A stretch of 63,471 nt of DNA, filler included, from Folioceros fuciformis (GCA_049999805.1; 14 parts of 14 records of this genome joined end to end with filler, not necessarily neighbours in it), one strand, 5' to 3'. Counted from the whole stretch's first letter, positions 34,960-48,669 are shown. Made by a program: numbers and translations. The notes: a model not told the origin generated them from the letters alone.

Positions 34960-37900
34960 CTCTCCTTATAGGAGAGATTGACACATGAACCCTCTCCTAC
35001 ATGTAGGTGGTAGGCCACCCTTCTCTCACACTAGGCGCCACCAACTTAACTATGCACACCTACCAAGAGGCCAAGACCTACCAATAATTGCTCGGGCAGT
35101 GCGCGCCGCTGAAGATTATGATTGTCGGCGCTGCCATAGAAGATTTGTTGACCCTCTCTCCAAAAAGGTGTGGCTAGGACTGCTCCTGAAGGGAGGCAGA
35201 GTCTGAAGGTTGAGCTACTGGGCCCCCCTCCATTATTGGGATCCATCTTCTCTTCAATCCACGAGCTTCCATTGTACCTTCCTCTGTGTGGATCTCTTGG
35301 GACATCCCTTCACCACCACCTACAGGTGTGGTAGGGAAGGGATCCACTTGTTCTTCAACTTGAGGTTCCTACCCTACATAGGGTGAGGATGTCCACTTCG
35401 TAGGTAGGGTCCCTGTTGCTCCCTTTGTAGGTAGGTCCCCTACCCCTCCTCTCATGGGTAGGTTCCCTACCCCTCCTCTCGTAGGTAGGTTCCCTACCAT
35501 TCCCACCCATTGTCGTAGGTAGGCTACTGTGGAGGAAAATCTTGTGCCTTGGGGCACCGCGAGGTCCACACAAACCCTCTATGTCCTTGTATCCGTGGGA
35601 TTCAATCCCAAGGGAATGCCCTTTGCCCTTTTGTGCCAAATAACACAGATTTCTTCTAAAAGTTGGCTCTTACCTAGGTCAAGTCTTACCTACCTCCAGT
35701 TCCACTTCCTACAGGTTCCACTACCACTACTCCTCAGATGGCCTAACTACCACAACTCAACTCTACGGCTGCAAGACTCATTTTGCCACTGAGGTAGGGG
35801 CCTCCACAACTAGTAGCGGGTTCTAATACCACGGTGGGTCCCACCTAATGTCCTAACTATCCCACGTTGTTGCTGGTATTCCGCGGATTTCTACTCGGGG
35901 GTGTCTGCCCGATTTCCCAGAGTAGCTGGTTGAAGTTACTTAACACTCCACAGTCACATGTTTGTACAGTCTGATCCACGGGTGTACACACCTTACACCT
36001 CACACACACACAGCACTTCCACACAAGCCGATTTCTCCATAGTCACTCCTCACAGCACACACTTATCCCCAGCAACATCCATGATCTCTCAAGCAGCCTT
36101 CCGATAGTCCCGCCTACCATAGACTTCGGGTAGTATTTCCCACACTTCAAAGTTCCTTCAATGATTTTAGGGTTTAGGGTTAGATCCTCTGCCTACAGCC
36201 TGGTCACCAGAGGAACGCCCCCGAAAATCCCTTTCCATCCTGGAAGGGGTTCCTCCTCCTGCAGTTGCCCTAACTCACCCGCCACCTCAGCCGGGCCCGC
36301 TTCCTCTCCTGGCACCTTTTCCTGAGGTGCCTCCAGTGCTTTTTTGACCAGCTCTTGGACGACTTCCTGCTGCGTTGATTCCCCGAAACTTTGGTGACTC
36401 GCCCACCAACCTTCCTCTTCTTGACAGGGGTCTTCCGCCCTGCTCGTGTCTTCCACTTCCTACTAGTCGGGGCTTCCTCCTCTGAGTTTCCCGTGGCTCC
36501 TGATTCCCAACTACTAGAGTCAGCCTCTTCCTTTGGTTCCTCCGGCTTCCACTTTACTTCCTTGATTGGCTTCCACATATGCAACGAGGCAACCACCTCA
36601 ATCTCAAGTAAGCTGTTAGAATGACAATACAAGTGAACAAGGAATGGGGAGATCATCGACAGTCGGGGAGAGGGGGAGGTTAGGTTCTGCCTCTCCTCGT
36701 TTAGCCTGTCATACAGGATTTTCCCCCAATCAACCCGACTGCCCTTAACCACCTCATGCAGGAATAAAAGCATCTGGTCAAAGAGGTAGTCCCGCTTCCT
36801 ATTCTGGAGGAAGCACAGGAGCCACCTTGCCAGCCCCATGAGCTGGGCAGACGCCATCTCGCTTGCCAACCAACCGTTGGCTTCTCTCCCGATTCCTGAC
36901 TTGAATAGCGTTATCGCTGCTGCTGTGGTGCTGCGTTTCTTCAACGACTCGAGGACCAATCCTCTTGGCTGCGCCCATACACTGTCCGCACCAAGTACAC
37001 TCCCCAGTCCTGTGGGTTTCCTTGAATTCCCTCCTCCTTCGCCGGGTTTCTCAGTCGCTGAGCGCACTCCTGCACCAGGCTAGGAGTTGCGTGATTCCAG
37101 CGCTAGGCCATGGACCCGAGGCCTAGCTCCTCCACCAGCCCTCCGGCTCTAGCCCGCCAGTGGTCCATGTTTGGCCAAAAGGCGACTTCGACTCGCGGCA
37201 CAAGGGCCTATTCCTCATCCCTGGCTGCACCCGCCAACACCAGCTTCACAGCAACTCTCTCCCTCTTCATACTGCCCTGTCTCTTCTTTGACTCCACGTC
37301 TTCCCCTTGGTTGATCGACACCTGCGCTGCCCCTATCTCGCTCAACAGCTGTTGTGCCTATCCGCTCTTTGCCGAGGCTGCACTTCTCCACTCACAACCC
37401 GTCCACCACTTCCGCTCCCCGACTCCTCAATTGCGCTCCCTTTCAAAATCACGTCTCGACCCTTCTACCTCTTACTTAGGGTTTTAATCCTGTCGGGTCG
37501 TCCTGGTTCCGCCACCGCTTGGAGCACTACCGCCGGTTGTCCTTCCTGACAGTGGTTTGCCTTCCACCACCATTGTTGAGTCACGACGTCCTTATTTTCT
37601 AGCCTAAGTCCATGACCTGCCTTACCGAGCGGTCAGTTCTTATTTCTAATATCAGGGGGGGGGTCTACATATATAGACTCCCTAGCGACCATTCCACTAC
37701 CAAGACCCAAGGACTACCCAGCTACCCAGACACCTGGTTCGGCTACTAGTTCACTCCAAAACCCCACGGTCCAAGGAGATCTTGGGTATAAATACCCCAG
37801 GTTTATTCTCAACCTAAGCCACTTTCTCCTCCACTTTACCAAAAAAAAAATCAAAGTCTACCAGATCTGTCACTCAAAAAAGGGTTCATGAATATGTTTT

Positions 37901-38358
37901 TCCTCTACAGCTGCCTACCCCATTGCCATAGGTGGGGTGTCTACCGTATAAGTACCTTCCCTACCTATGTAGGTATCTTCCATTTTCCCCACGTAAGTAC
38001 TCTCTCTACGTATGTAGATAGACATCCTACTATGTAGGTATCTTCTTATCCTAACCTACGAGAATAGAACTAAAAAAAATCATAAAAACCTACACCAGTC
38101 GCTCACCACCTACCATGGGCACTTGCCCAGAAACCTACCTTCCACATGCCTCTGTCGCGCAGCAGCCGCATAGCTGCATGCCTACCTAGCCTGTCTACCA
38201 AGCTAGGTCACTAAGCTTCCGCCTGCCTGCGATCTCCTTGGCCTTCGGCCCAGGAGCAACAATCCTAGCCTTAATTTGTCCTTGGCCTATGGCCAAGAGC
38301 AAGGCTACAAAAAGAGACTAGGTTTGCCTAAGAGAGGCAGACCCGGGACCCGTCAACA
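34960..38358 (+). mobile_element. Probable Gypsy (Tat/Retand-like) 3' region with antisense accessory ORF and LTR ~37670-38358
   Basis: Minus-strand ORF 36270-37067 has VDWGKILYDRL...MISPFLVHLYC, resembling plant-transposon accessory domains. A G-run PPT-like site lies at 37655-37663, GGGTATAAATACCC at ~37783, and the end reads GTCAACA at 38358. Confidence 0.45.
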
Positions 38359-38459
38359 GNNNNNNNNNNNNNNNNNNNNNNNNNNNNNNNNNNNNNNNNN
38401 NNNTTAATTAATTAANNNNNNNNNNNNNNNNNNNNNNNNNNNNNNNNNNNNNNNNNNNN

Positions 38460-38597
38460 GACGCAGAAATCCTGCAACGGGTCGGCGTCGTTGGCCAGGA
38501 TGAAACGTGGCGCAGAAGCAAGGAAGAAGAGCACGGCAGCTGCGGCCGCCACCTTAATCTGCATTCCTGTCCCTGATGGCTTCGTATATGCCGCCAT
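38460..38597 (-). CDS. Germin-like protein, N-terminal part (signal peptide plus box A), truncated by gap
   Basis: A hydrophobic signal peptide is followed by DADPLQDFCV, the germin box A signature. Confidence 0.85.
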
Positions 38598-39724
38598 CGC
38601 CAAAGGCTCTGGAACGTTCCAGTGTTGAGATTGATGGTCGACGGAAAGTGAGATTGCTCGTTGCCGATGAGACCAGTGAGACAGAAGTTGTGAGCAAGCC
38701 TGAATTTGTGAAGCAGCTATAGCTTGGTGGCATGCTGGGCTCCGGCTACCTCTTTTATAGTGCTCGAAGACACGTCTGCAGTTGCGACTCAACATCCCAG
38801 CCTCCAGGTGCTTCACTGCAAAAGTCACATCTTCCACGACTTGAGTCACCTGCAATCAAGTCAAGCTGAGCACGCCATCTTTCCGACATTTGACTCGAGC
38901 AGGATAAAATGTGTAGACTGCTCCCAGCCCCAACGGTCCCACGCAGTCCCACCTGGCGCCTTTAGCAGTGCAAGTAAGGAACGACTGGCGTCACGTCCCA
39001 CTAGGAGCCTGACAGGACATGCAGCACACGAATCAGGTCACGAGCAGCAACTCTTTGGTTACAGGGTAGAGTCCTAATCAGGTTGGCAACATGGTATCCA
39101 TCGGTAGGCCATAACCGTAAACCCTTGAACATAATATGGACATGTGTCCGCGCATTGCGCAAGCACGTTTGCCTCCAATTCGCAAAGGCATCCACGGATG
39201 CAGCTAGCGATTGGAATCTCTGCGAACCAATCAAACACCTTGGTTACATGACGATTCCGTGATCAAAACACCTTGGTTACATGTGTGAAACAGACCCGTA
39301 TCCGCTGCTGACATACCGACCAGATGCGGTATACTCCACAGATGCCTAAGAATGGACGGCTTGAAGATGGATTGACTTTATCCCGCGTCCACTCGACGGT
39401 GACTGGACCCAGAGAAGGGTCGTGGATAAGCGCTGCACCCGGCCCTGCCCCCCCCCCTCGTAGGAAGGATCCTTGGTGTCACCAAGCGAGGGTGGGCAGG
39501 AAGCTGCACGAGGTAACGAATGCCGCGTATTTGACTTCTTTNNNNNNNNNNNNNNNNNNNNNNNNNNNNNNNNNNNNNNNNNNNNTTAATTAATTAANNN
39601 NNNNNNNNNNNNNNNNNNNNNNNNNNNNNNNNNNNNNNNNNAGGAGAGATGGAGCGGGAAGGGGAGGGAAGGGAAGGAGGAACGGGGAGTGGCACACCAC
39701 ACTCTCCGATCCGATCAGGTGGCG

Positions 39725-39820
39725 ATGCTGCTTCTGCTGCTGCTGCTGCTGCTGTTACTACTACTGCTACTGCCTGCTGCTGCTGCTGTGGCTGCTGCGG
39801 CTGCGGCTGCGGCTGCTGCG
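39725..39820. repeat. (CTG)n-type microsatellite
   Basis: Imperfect GCT/CTG/CTA runs read directly. Confidence 0.85.
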
Positions 39821-40234
39821 CATCATTGCTCCTCGGAGTCCCAGCTGACAGCAGACTCCGTCGGTGCGGCTCCTTCTTGAGGTAAAGCAGCGGCTTGGAC
39901 TTGGCCGATTTTACCTCTCACCTCACTCACCGCACCGCACCGCACCGCACCTCACCACCGAGTAGAAGGCGCCATGGGAACAGCCTGGTGCCCGCTACCG
40001 TCACGTTGGCAGGCTGGAGCCCGTCGTGCAGCTGTAACCGGATGTGCAAGTCGGGCACAGCGAGCCGGACCGACACGCGGCGGGCACAAAAAACGCGGCT
40101 AGACCGTCACGCTCGCGGCTCCGTGCGACAACATTACCTATCACTCTCGTCCCGCTACCCCCACGTACGCTCCACGTACAGTCTCTTCTTTCTTTCTTGG
40201 CATCACCGCGTTCACACTTTTGGCAACTTCTGTG

Positions 40235-40330
40235 CCTGGCTCCGGCTCTGGCTCTCGATCTGGCTCTGGCTCTGGCTCTCGATCTGGCTCTGGCTCTGGC
40301 TCTGGCTATGGCTATGGCTATGGCTGGGAC
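40235..40330. repeat. (TCTGGC)n hexamer microsatellite
   Basis: TCTGGC/TATGGC runs read directly. Confidence 0.85.
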
Positions 40331-42050
40331 TCCAGTTCCAGCTCCAGGGACAAGGAGCATAATCCATTCCCTCGGAATCCTAACACAACCGGATGGCCCG
40401 GTGGGGCGCATCATCGCTGGGTACTACGTAATGCAATCAAACTTATGAGCGTTTACGGTAGGTTTTACTCTGGGGTCTTCAGGCATGAGTGGGCCGGTCC
40501 GACCCAGTCCTTTGGCCCTGGCCTGGCCTGCCCTTGCAAGGGCACCCCATCTCCACAGGGACCCACTTGTTCACAACCCTCCTTTCGCTCGCACATTTCA
40601 TCGTTCATCACAAACTGCTCAGACTCCTTTCCTCCATTCCTGGGGGAACGGGGCTCCCTTTTCTTCGGGATGCAAAGCAAGGGGCTGCCATTTATGTATC
40701 TACAGTACGTCTCTTGGGGTGGATTCAATGACAACAGCCTTGATTGTCCCGGTTGAACTAACTGTCCCGACTTGGCTGCTGCGGCCATGCACCAAAATTG
40801 GGTGACAAGAGCTCGCTTGCTAGACCCAGTCACACCCTATGCACATCCGGAGGCAGAGAGTCGGGAGGGAGCCAAAGACTGATTCCATGCAGCGATCAAC
40901 TACATATGTCTAATGGAGCCCATACGGCAAGTGAGGGATACCGGAGGTAAGATGATGGGTTGACGCCACTGTGGTTAACGGAATGGAGCATGACACTCAC
41001 AGCCACCAATGGCGCCCCTAGGCAGCAGGCATTCGGCGACACAGGTGTCCTTTCGGCTTTTCGGACATTTGGCGTCAGCAACTCAGCACACCAGCCTCAT
41101 GCATGGGATTTACTGCTCGTCTAGCGAGCAACTCCACTTCACTGCCACACACCACGATATGGGCTGTATCTTCCGTTCCACAACTTCCTGACACTACTGC
41201 AAAATATCTAGTAACTCCTGCCATGATCTGTTTCGTTCACAAGGCCACAGTATCGTTCAGAATTGCAGCCGACACTAAAGGGTACGTAAGCGGAGGTCCT
41301 TCTGCCTCAGAGACGGTAGGGTTTCACAACTGTGGCCTCGTGTTTGCACGAGACGGTACGCAAATAAATGTTACATGGTTTTCGTTATCACACCTATTCG
41401 GCGGTTGAATCCGTGGAAGGAAGTGCTCATGCACCAAACGAGAACTTGTGAATCACAACTCAGTGCCGTTACCCCCTGTGCATGGGTAATCAATCTAGCA
41501 AAAACCCTAGCTGGAGAATCACATGATTGCCTGCAAAGCTAGTCGTCTAGCTACAGTCCCACGTCGCAGCATGCAATCTCTACAAACGTCATAGCCTCAG
41601 AAACATGCCCACGCCGTCAACCTTCCTGCTCGATTGCAAGAAAACACCACTGCTGCCACCTACAAAGACCGGCTACCCTCATGCTTACGTAGGCTCTGCT
41701 AGGAGTGACTCACCAGCCTGTCCATCCTTCGAACTATTTCAGCAACACCTCCCAGACTTCATACCACATACCGAAAGCACGCAAAAAGTGGGTAGTATCC
41801 TTACCTTCCTCCTGTCGCACCGCGCAGCCTAAGAGCTCAGCCAGAAGTGTTTCCGCACTACAAGGTTAGTCATGCCCAGCCACACACCTTTCCATGACAG
41901 CATAACAGGCAACATGTCGCGTGCAGAGACCAGCAAACACCGAATCACAGTACAAAGGGTATCTGCTCAACAGTGAGACCCATGCTGAAACGTGCCCAGA
42001 CGCTAACCAGCGTAGGCGGTTCCCCACAAAATACTAAACTCAGGGATACT

Positions 42051-43180
42051 TTATCCGCTGGCCACAGCGCCAACATCTGCAACACGGGTCTTTTTACTCC
42101 TGGGAGATTCCTCTGATAATGCAAACCTACACACATTCACCGCAATGAAACACCATCAGTCACACAATCACCAATCCTGGGTCAATCGATGCCTTTATTT
42201 GGGCCTGGCACTCATGACTAGTGAGCGCATACTTACATGCCCTGTCCTACGGACTAGCAAGCCTCACCTTTCAGCTCGTGCCTTCCTCTTTTGAACTTCT
42301 GCGGAATCAGATTTTACTCCCAGGCCAAACCTTGCCGCACGAGCTTTCTTCTTTTCATCATCCAGAGCGGATGATGTTCTCTTCAGATCTTTTCCTTGAT
42401 CAGTACCAAACCTGTACCACATGGAAGCACATTTTAGAATTCCAGCCTTCAACCCTAATACATTTCGCGACTGAGAACCAGGACAACAGCACAGGGATCA
42501 GGCATGGAGTAACCAAGCACACACACACTGTACCTTGCAGCTCGTGCTTTTCTCTTCTCCGACTCCGCTTCCTTCGATGCAGGACTGCTGCTCTTTACAC
42601 CTTCCTCCGTGCCACCGCTATTACCCCCAAATCTGTACGCGAAGTGAATTCTGTCAGCGTATCGACACGGACCACACCAACAAAGCAAAGACGCGGAACC
42701 AATAAGCCAGGGGGAGGAGGCGGGAAATACGACAGCCGACCTTGCTGCTCGGATGTTACGCTTCTCAGACTCGGAAATCTGCAACTCTAGGCCAAACCGT
42801 TCCGCACGACGTTGTTTCTTCTCCAGATCGGAAGAGGGAGTAACGGCAGAAGGGCTCGTTCGTGTATCTTCATGTGGTGCAGCAACCTCTGCTGAGGCAC
42901 CGGTGCACGGTTCGGCGGCCTTATCCGATGGGGCAGCAGCAGTAGCGTCCGCCAGTGTGCCCCCTGCAATGCTAGACTCGACGGGTTGATTTTCACCTGC
43001 CTCCGCAGCTCCTATTCTTGCAAGGACCAACTTCTTGGTCTTAAGGCTGATTTTCCTTTTGTCCAGATCCAATGGTATCGCAGGAACCCCTTCTTCCAAA
43101 GACTTGCTAGCCTTCTCTTGCGCCACCTCTGTAGAGGCAGGTTTGGTGCCTCCGGACTCCAACCCTACCGTGGTAGCCAT
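42051..43180 (-). CDS. MOS11: MOS11/Tho1/CIP29-like mRNA export factor; exons 43180-42741, 42632-42534, 42411-42268, 42126-42051
   Basis: Five EK(K/R)xxRA(A/E)RF(G/A)-type repeats. Three GT-AG introns join in frame (exons of 440, 99, 144 and 76 nt), ending at TAA 42053-42051. Confidence 0.85.
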
Positions 43181-44199
43181 AAAACCGTGTCCCACGAGGA
43201 CACCACAAAACCCAAACCAAGCCAACAAGTATCGGCACAAACAAGCGCAACGCACCACGCTCCTCCTTCCCGCCCCCGTCAGAGGCACCTCACGGCGTCA
43301 GTGGGCAGTCAGCCAGGGTACACCCTCACCCAGCTCACCTTCTAACCCTAATCTTGACAGCGAGAAACAGCAGACCTCCTCTCGTCGTCGCACCCTTCAG
43401 GTACCACAGAACGTTTGCTTACAAGATCGAAATTACCGCAAGGCAGTAATACCCCAATATCAATGGCCTTCACCACTAGGCCGTTGTGTGCTGTGCGGTA
43501 GGCAACTTTTGAATTACATTTCTGCCACTACCTTCTACGTACCTCACTTACGTAGCTCCACGACTTGTGTCACTTTCGCCTTTGAGATTTTCCACTGTTT
43601 AGTTTAAAATATTTTATACTGTATAATTCACCATCCCGATTGCGTTAAATAGGTGGTTGGAGCGCACCGGCGAGTACGAAGACGCCGCGACGTTACGTAT
43701 GACGTCGATTCAATCCACGATGATGATTGAGATGCAACCAACGTTGGCAGTTCGGACGGATTGGAAGGGCCTTGACTAAAATGAAAGGACAGGGTGGGAC
43801 ATTTTGCTCATTATTAAGAATCGTATTTATGAATTAAATGGTTGTTTGTGCGGAGCCTCAGTTGGAATGGAGCATAGGATGGCTAATGCATAGAGACCAA
43901 GATGGCATGAAGCATAAAAAGGCTAATGTGGAAATGGAGCAAGATAGGATGATTGTTGTGTGAAGGCAAGGTGGGCATGGAACAAAGCATGGAGCATACA
44001 ATAGAAGGTTGTTGTGTAGGGCGGCTTTTGTACTTGGATTTTCAAAATATAATGAATGCACTTGAAAAATCAATTGTCTAAAATATAATAAGAGTTCTTA
44101 AAATTAAGGTCATCCATCGAAATGGTGATGGGGCCCTTAATCAAGTTCTAATATCTTGAAAACCCTAGACACCCTAGATTGGAACATTGAACACGTTTA

Positions 44200-46280
44200 A
44201 AACATGTCCTAAGATATTATTTGAAAGGCACATTCAACAAGGGCATACAATATAAGTAAGCGCAAGCATGGTGAAGAACTTACCTTGGCAGTATACACCG
44301 ATTCATACTATGCTGGGGACGTTGACACCAGAAAGTCTGTATCTGACTATGTGGTTAGCATTGCTAGAGGACCTATCAGCTGGTCCAGCAAAAAGCAACC
44401 TATAGTTGCACTATCTAGCACTGAAGCAGAATATAGAGTACATACAGCAGCCGCTAAAGAAGAGATCTGGTGCAAATTATTATTCAAGGAACTTGGCCTA
44501 TCCTTTCCTACCTACACAAAAATCAGGATTGATAACCAAGGGGCAATAGCGTTAGCTCAAAACCCATTCTTTCACTCACGCACAAAACATGTGGAAGTTG
44601 AGTATCATTTTATAAGAGACCTAGTCTCAGCTAGACAGTTAATATAAGAGTACGTTCCTACACAAGATAATCCTGCAGATGTCCTTACAAAGCCACTGAG
44701 TAAAGAGCTACATGAAAAGCATGTCCAAGCTCTAGGTCTAGGGGAGTATGCAAGCTCGTCTATTAAAAATTCTCATATGTAGAATTAGAGACAGACCAGT
44801 GATCACGGTCGCGGGGTGAGTAAGGTGAATCTTTAGAAGTTTCCTCTTCGTCTACCATGTCATTGGTTTCTCGATCCTTACTCTCAAATTTTGATTTTGA
44901 TGTAGAAGGGTAAAAAGAGAGTCTGTCTTTGTGTTGAAGATCTCGTTCATGGTTCAACTATTGTTTAGATCCTGCACAAAGAGTGGGAGTTTGAACGTGA
45001 GAGTTAGAACAGAATCAAGAGTAAAAACCAGAAGTCATAACACTTTTCAAATGCGCGATTCTGCACAATCACCCGAGCAAGTTTGTTATGGTGCATGCAA
45101 TCTGAAAAATCAGCGCGCGGCACCAACAGCAAAGGCGTGCGTGATAGGAGGGATATTTTGCTATGTCAGCACAAAATTAGACACGATTTTATGTGCAGAA
45201 ACCTTATTGCGGTAGTAACCTATGTAGACATCAAGATTACAAACAGCCAGAGTTGTGGAGCTTACTGTAAAAACTAATGACATGATACTCCAGCTTGTGA
45301 CTGTCCCTAGCCCTTATACAAACCATCTTCAGGCCTGTGATTTTGCACTTGTACCAACGTGCCTGGATTTGAGACTGTCCTTAGGGACACAATCTTGGTC
45401 TCCTTCCACACCATACCACGTAGGAAGATGGCAGGAGCAGAAGGAGCATTAGCCTGTGCAAGATGCTTGTAGTTTGGCTTTGCAGGAGTCGAGCGCGGGG
45501 CTGTGCTTGTGGCCGCGTCTTTGGAAGCAGATCGCCTATTTGGACCAGCTATTAGTTGTGCCTTCTTCACAATTCTCCTCACCATTTGGCACGCCGCCAG
45601 TTTGGTAGCTCTAGCAGGACGCCCGCGAGGTTTCTTCCCAAGCTTGTTCCTCCTTTCTGCAGATGTGCCGCTTGCCGATGCTGGCTTGGCAATTGTCCTA
45701 GATAAGAACCTGCCACGCTCATTCCGCGATAGGATGCGCCTCTGCCTAGGACGAGGATCACCATGAGTGCCAAGCTCCATGTTTAGTGCGCCTGTGCAAA
45801 CTGACAACCACTCTTGGCACAGTATGCAAATAACATAAATAAACAAGTGCATCGCAGTTAACCAAGCCTCTTGTGGTGCTCGCAATTTCATCATGTTCTC
45901 CAAGCCCTCAAGCAGCGTAATCACAACACTAGTTGTACAGAGACAATCTGCGAGCTACAATGATTCTAAAAGATGAAGCTCTGCCACAAGGAACACACAT
46001 TGTAATGGATACGGCAACAAGTGGGAGTGTTGAAGTAATGTCGCTTTAGGTGTTGCCAATATCAACTAGGGTTAGGGTTTGTTTCATTAAATGATATATA
46101 TGGGTGTAATTTATGAAAAGGTACACCCATTAGTGGAAAGGTGTAGCCCTAGTCTAAAAGTCATCTCCATTCGTTAAAACTGTTTTATAACATATTTATT
46201 ATGGTTGTTGTATTATTATGTAAGTTCAATGTTATATTCTTAAGAGCATATATATAGATGTTTTCTTCTTAATTAAATGT
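44200..46280 (+). mobile_element. Copia 3' end: RNase H, ~1.2-kb 3' region, PPT and LTR start at 46028
   Basis: YTDSYYAGDVDTRKS, SSTEAEY and ADVLTKPL (ending ~44781). AAGTGGGAG is followed by TGTTG at 46019-46032. Confidence 0.75.
45307..45780 (-). CDS. Basic antisense ORF with AT-hook motif
   Basis: KKPRGRPAR at ~45610-45636 lies within a K/R/A-rich open frame. Confidence 0.35.
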   Translation of the reverse strand: MELGTHGDPRPRQRRILSRNERGRFLSRTIAKPASASGTSAERRNKLGKKPRGRPARATKLAACQMVRRIVKKAQLIAGPNRRSASKDAATSTAPRSTPAKPNYKHLAQANAPSAPAIFLRGMVWKETKIVSLRTVSNPGTLVQVQNHRPEDGLYKG

Positions 46281-47002
46281 TTAGATCATAGCAATCCCAA
46301 AATTAAAATCATTGTCTTGAGTTCTTCATGCACAAATTGCTGTGAAGCTGCGCATTTGGCATCCACAGAGGTGGAGGCTCTTTGCATGATGTCATCCCGT
46401 AATATGGAACATCCTTGAGCATACACTCTGCCGACAACTCCTTCTTCACAAAGTCTATAATGCCCTCCCGCAATTCTGGGATGTCCGTCTTGGGCATATA
46501 AGTTGTGGACAAGTCGTTTTGAAGGCAATTCATTCATCTGTTCCTGGTGATGTTTCCATAAATTGGATCAAATTTGAGGGGGATGAAGCTTGGGAACAAA
46601 TGTTGGCAGCTGCTTCTGGATAGATTTATTCTAGTACCTATGTTGCGTGATATCAGCTCCTATTATTGGGAATTCCACTACAAGCACTTGCCTCAAGTCA
46701 TCAATCTCTTTCTATTGCGATTGAATTTTATCCTCATACTGTTGCTTCGAATTCTAAAATGTCGACCGGAGTTTTTGAAATTCATCATGAGAGGTCTTTA
46801 GGTCACATTAAAGCTGCTTGATGTCTACCACCAAGGACTTGAACATTCCCTTCAGCTTATATTTGGTCCTTGCCAATTTGGATATCGGGGCTTGTGACTC
46901 AGAGCATGATGGGGAATCTGTAGATACGAAATCCTGCCCAATCGCCTAGGGTCCTGAAGTACTTGCCTTTAACTCGGCAGTCGACATATTGAAAAACAAA
47001 AT

Positions 47003-47137
47003 TCCTGGATAGCACGAGAAAATCCCAGATCCTGGATAGGATGAGAAAATCCCACGTCTTGGAGAGCACGAGAAAATCCCATGACCTGGATAGAACGTGA
47101 AAATCCCACGTCCTGGATAGGACAAGAAAATCCCACG
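47003..47137 (+). repeat. 27-bp tandem repeat, 5 units
   Basis: Consensus TCCTGGATAG.A.GAGAAAATCCCACG, arranged head to tail. Confidence 0.9.
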
Positions 47138-48669
47138 TCCCACATCGAGGAGTATACGAAAAAAAAATTGGCTAAAAAAAAGATAGACGATATGCAAATT
47201 AATAAAGTCAAATCAAATTCAAAGCTGACGACACCGGAAGGTTGCGAACGGTCTAGCAATTTGTTGCCCCTACCTCTGAGCCCTACAATATTGTTAGCCC
47301 GCCGCCCCTCGGATCTCAGCCCCAGAATCCAGCGAGCCCACCGTTTTGCAGCTCGAACCCCCACAATCCAACAAGCCCACTGGCCCATGGCTCCGAGCAC
47401 AACGTGGTGACCACAATGTTTGGAGTTTGCTGCCCACAGACTTGGATTGCCACCCCACGCTCCGAGTGTTCCCAATGAGCATGGCTCCGCAATCCATGAA
47501 CTTCCTGCCCCCAACCTACCTCAACCTTGCCCTTTTGAAGTGAAAAATCCAAGTCCTAATCCTTTCTGTAAGAAACTGCAAACTCCTCCAAATTTTGCAG
47601 GTTGTGCAGACATCACTACCAAGCCAATGTTAGCTCAAGGGAGCAGGCGGTCCAAGATTGCCTGTGGAGAAAGCAAGAAACATAGGTGCCAGTTTTTGTT
47701 ATTTGTAACACAGCTGAAGATGTTTTCTGAGGTTGCTGAACTCAAACTACATCAAAGGGAGCACATTGACGCAATGAGAGAGCATTGTTATGGTTTGTTA
47801 GCGAGTGATTCAACTTCAAATTGTATCCTTGCTCCTTACCTATCCACAGCTAAGAAGGAGTGGATGAAGTATAAGTTGCTCCGCAAGACGACTGCTTTTC
47901 AGATCCTGATTAGCCATGAGTCTGAGGTGTTTTTAAGGAAGCATCGTGATGTGCAAGCGGTCCTTGAGCGGGATGATTTTTTGCTGCTTAGAGATAAGGA
48001 ATTTGCAGGTAGAGTTCGATTCTAGGGTGTGGCGATTCCATGTAAATGATGAGGTGAGTGTCAACCTATAAATAGATGTCCATAGGGAGGAGGTATTTTT
48101 CCCTTTGCCAGGAGAAGAATTACATGCCAAGGATTTTAAATTAGGCATCCAAACCGATTTTCAGTTACAATCCATATAAGATATCAATTGAAAACCAATT
48201 GTACGAAGCACTTTGTAATTTACGTTGGATAGCTTGTGTCTTTGACTGCTTACAAAAGATTAAATACTCTAATTGCTCCAAGAGAAAGTACGAGATATAT
48301 CGCAGCAAGACTCTTTGCTGGAAGTGAAACCAACACAATGGTTACAACTATAAACAGAGAACAACAAACGACAAGAGGCACAACAATTGACAAAGGCTTG
48401 TTCACATGTTTGCTCACAAGGTCTTGACAGGCTCTGCATTCATTTGTGTTCACATGAAAAGCTGAAATTGTTTGCGCGAGAGGCATCTGAGCAACTGTGC
48501 AAAAATGTGGCAAATTATTAGCTCTGTTGTTCATCACACCAAGGTCAGGAAACAATTCCTAAACGTAGACTACATCAGCCCTTAGAATGATGATGTTGGA
48601 AGGGTGTCGCCTTGATGCCTTTTTGATGAAGAAGCACAGGAAACTCTAGTGCAACAACCGGTCCAAGAC

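Noticed and set aside
36165-36185. Telomere or chromosome end
   Set aside because: Only about 2.5 TTTAGGG-like units inside TE sequence.
39649-40450. Cys-rich, poly-Leu, RA-repeat or SG-repeat proteins
   Set aside because: These are alternative translations of CTG and TCTGGC microsatellites. No frame has a recognisable domain, although an unrecognised host exon cannot be excluded.
47003-47137. CRISPR-like array
   Set aside because: The units are head-to-tail with no unique spacers, there are no cas genes, and the context is eukaryotic.
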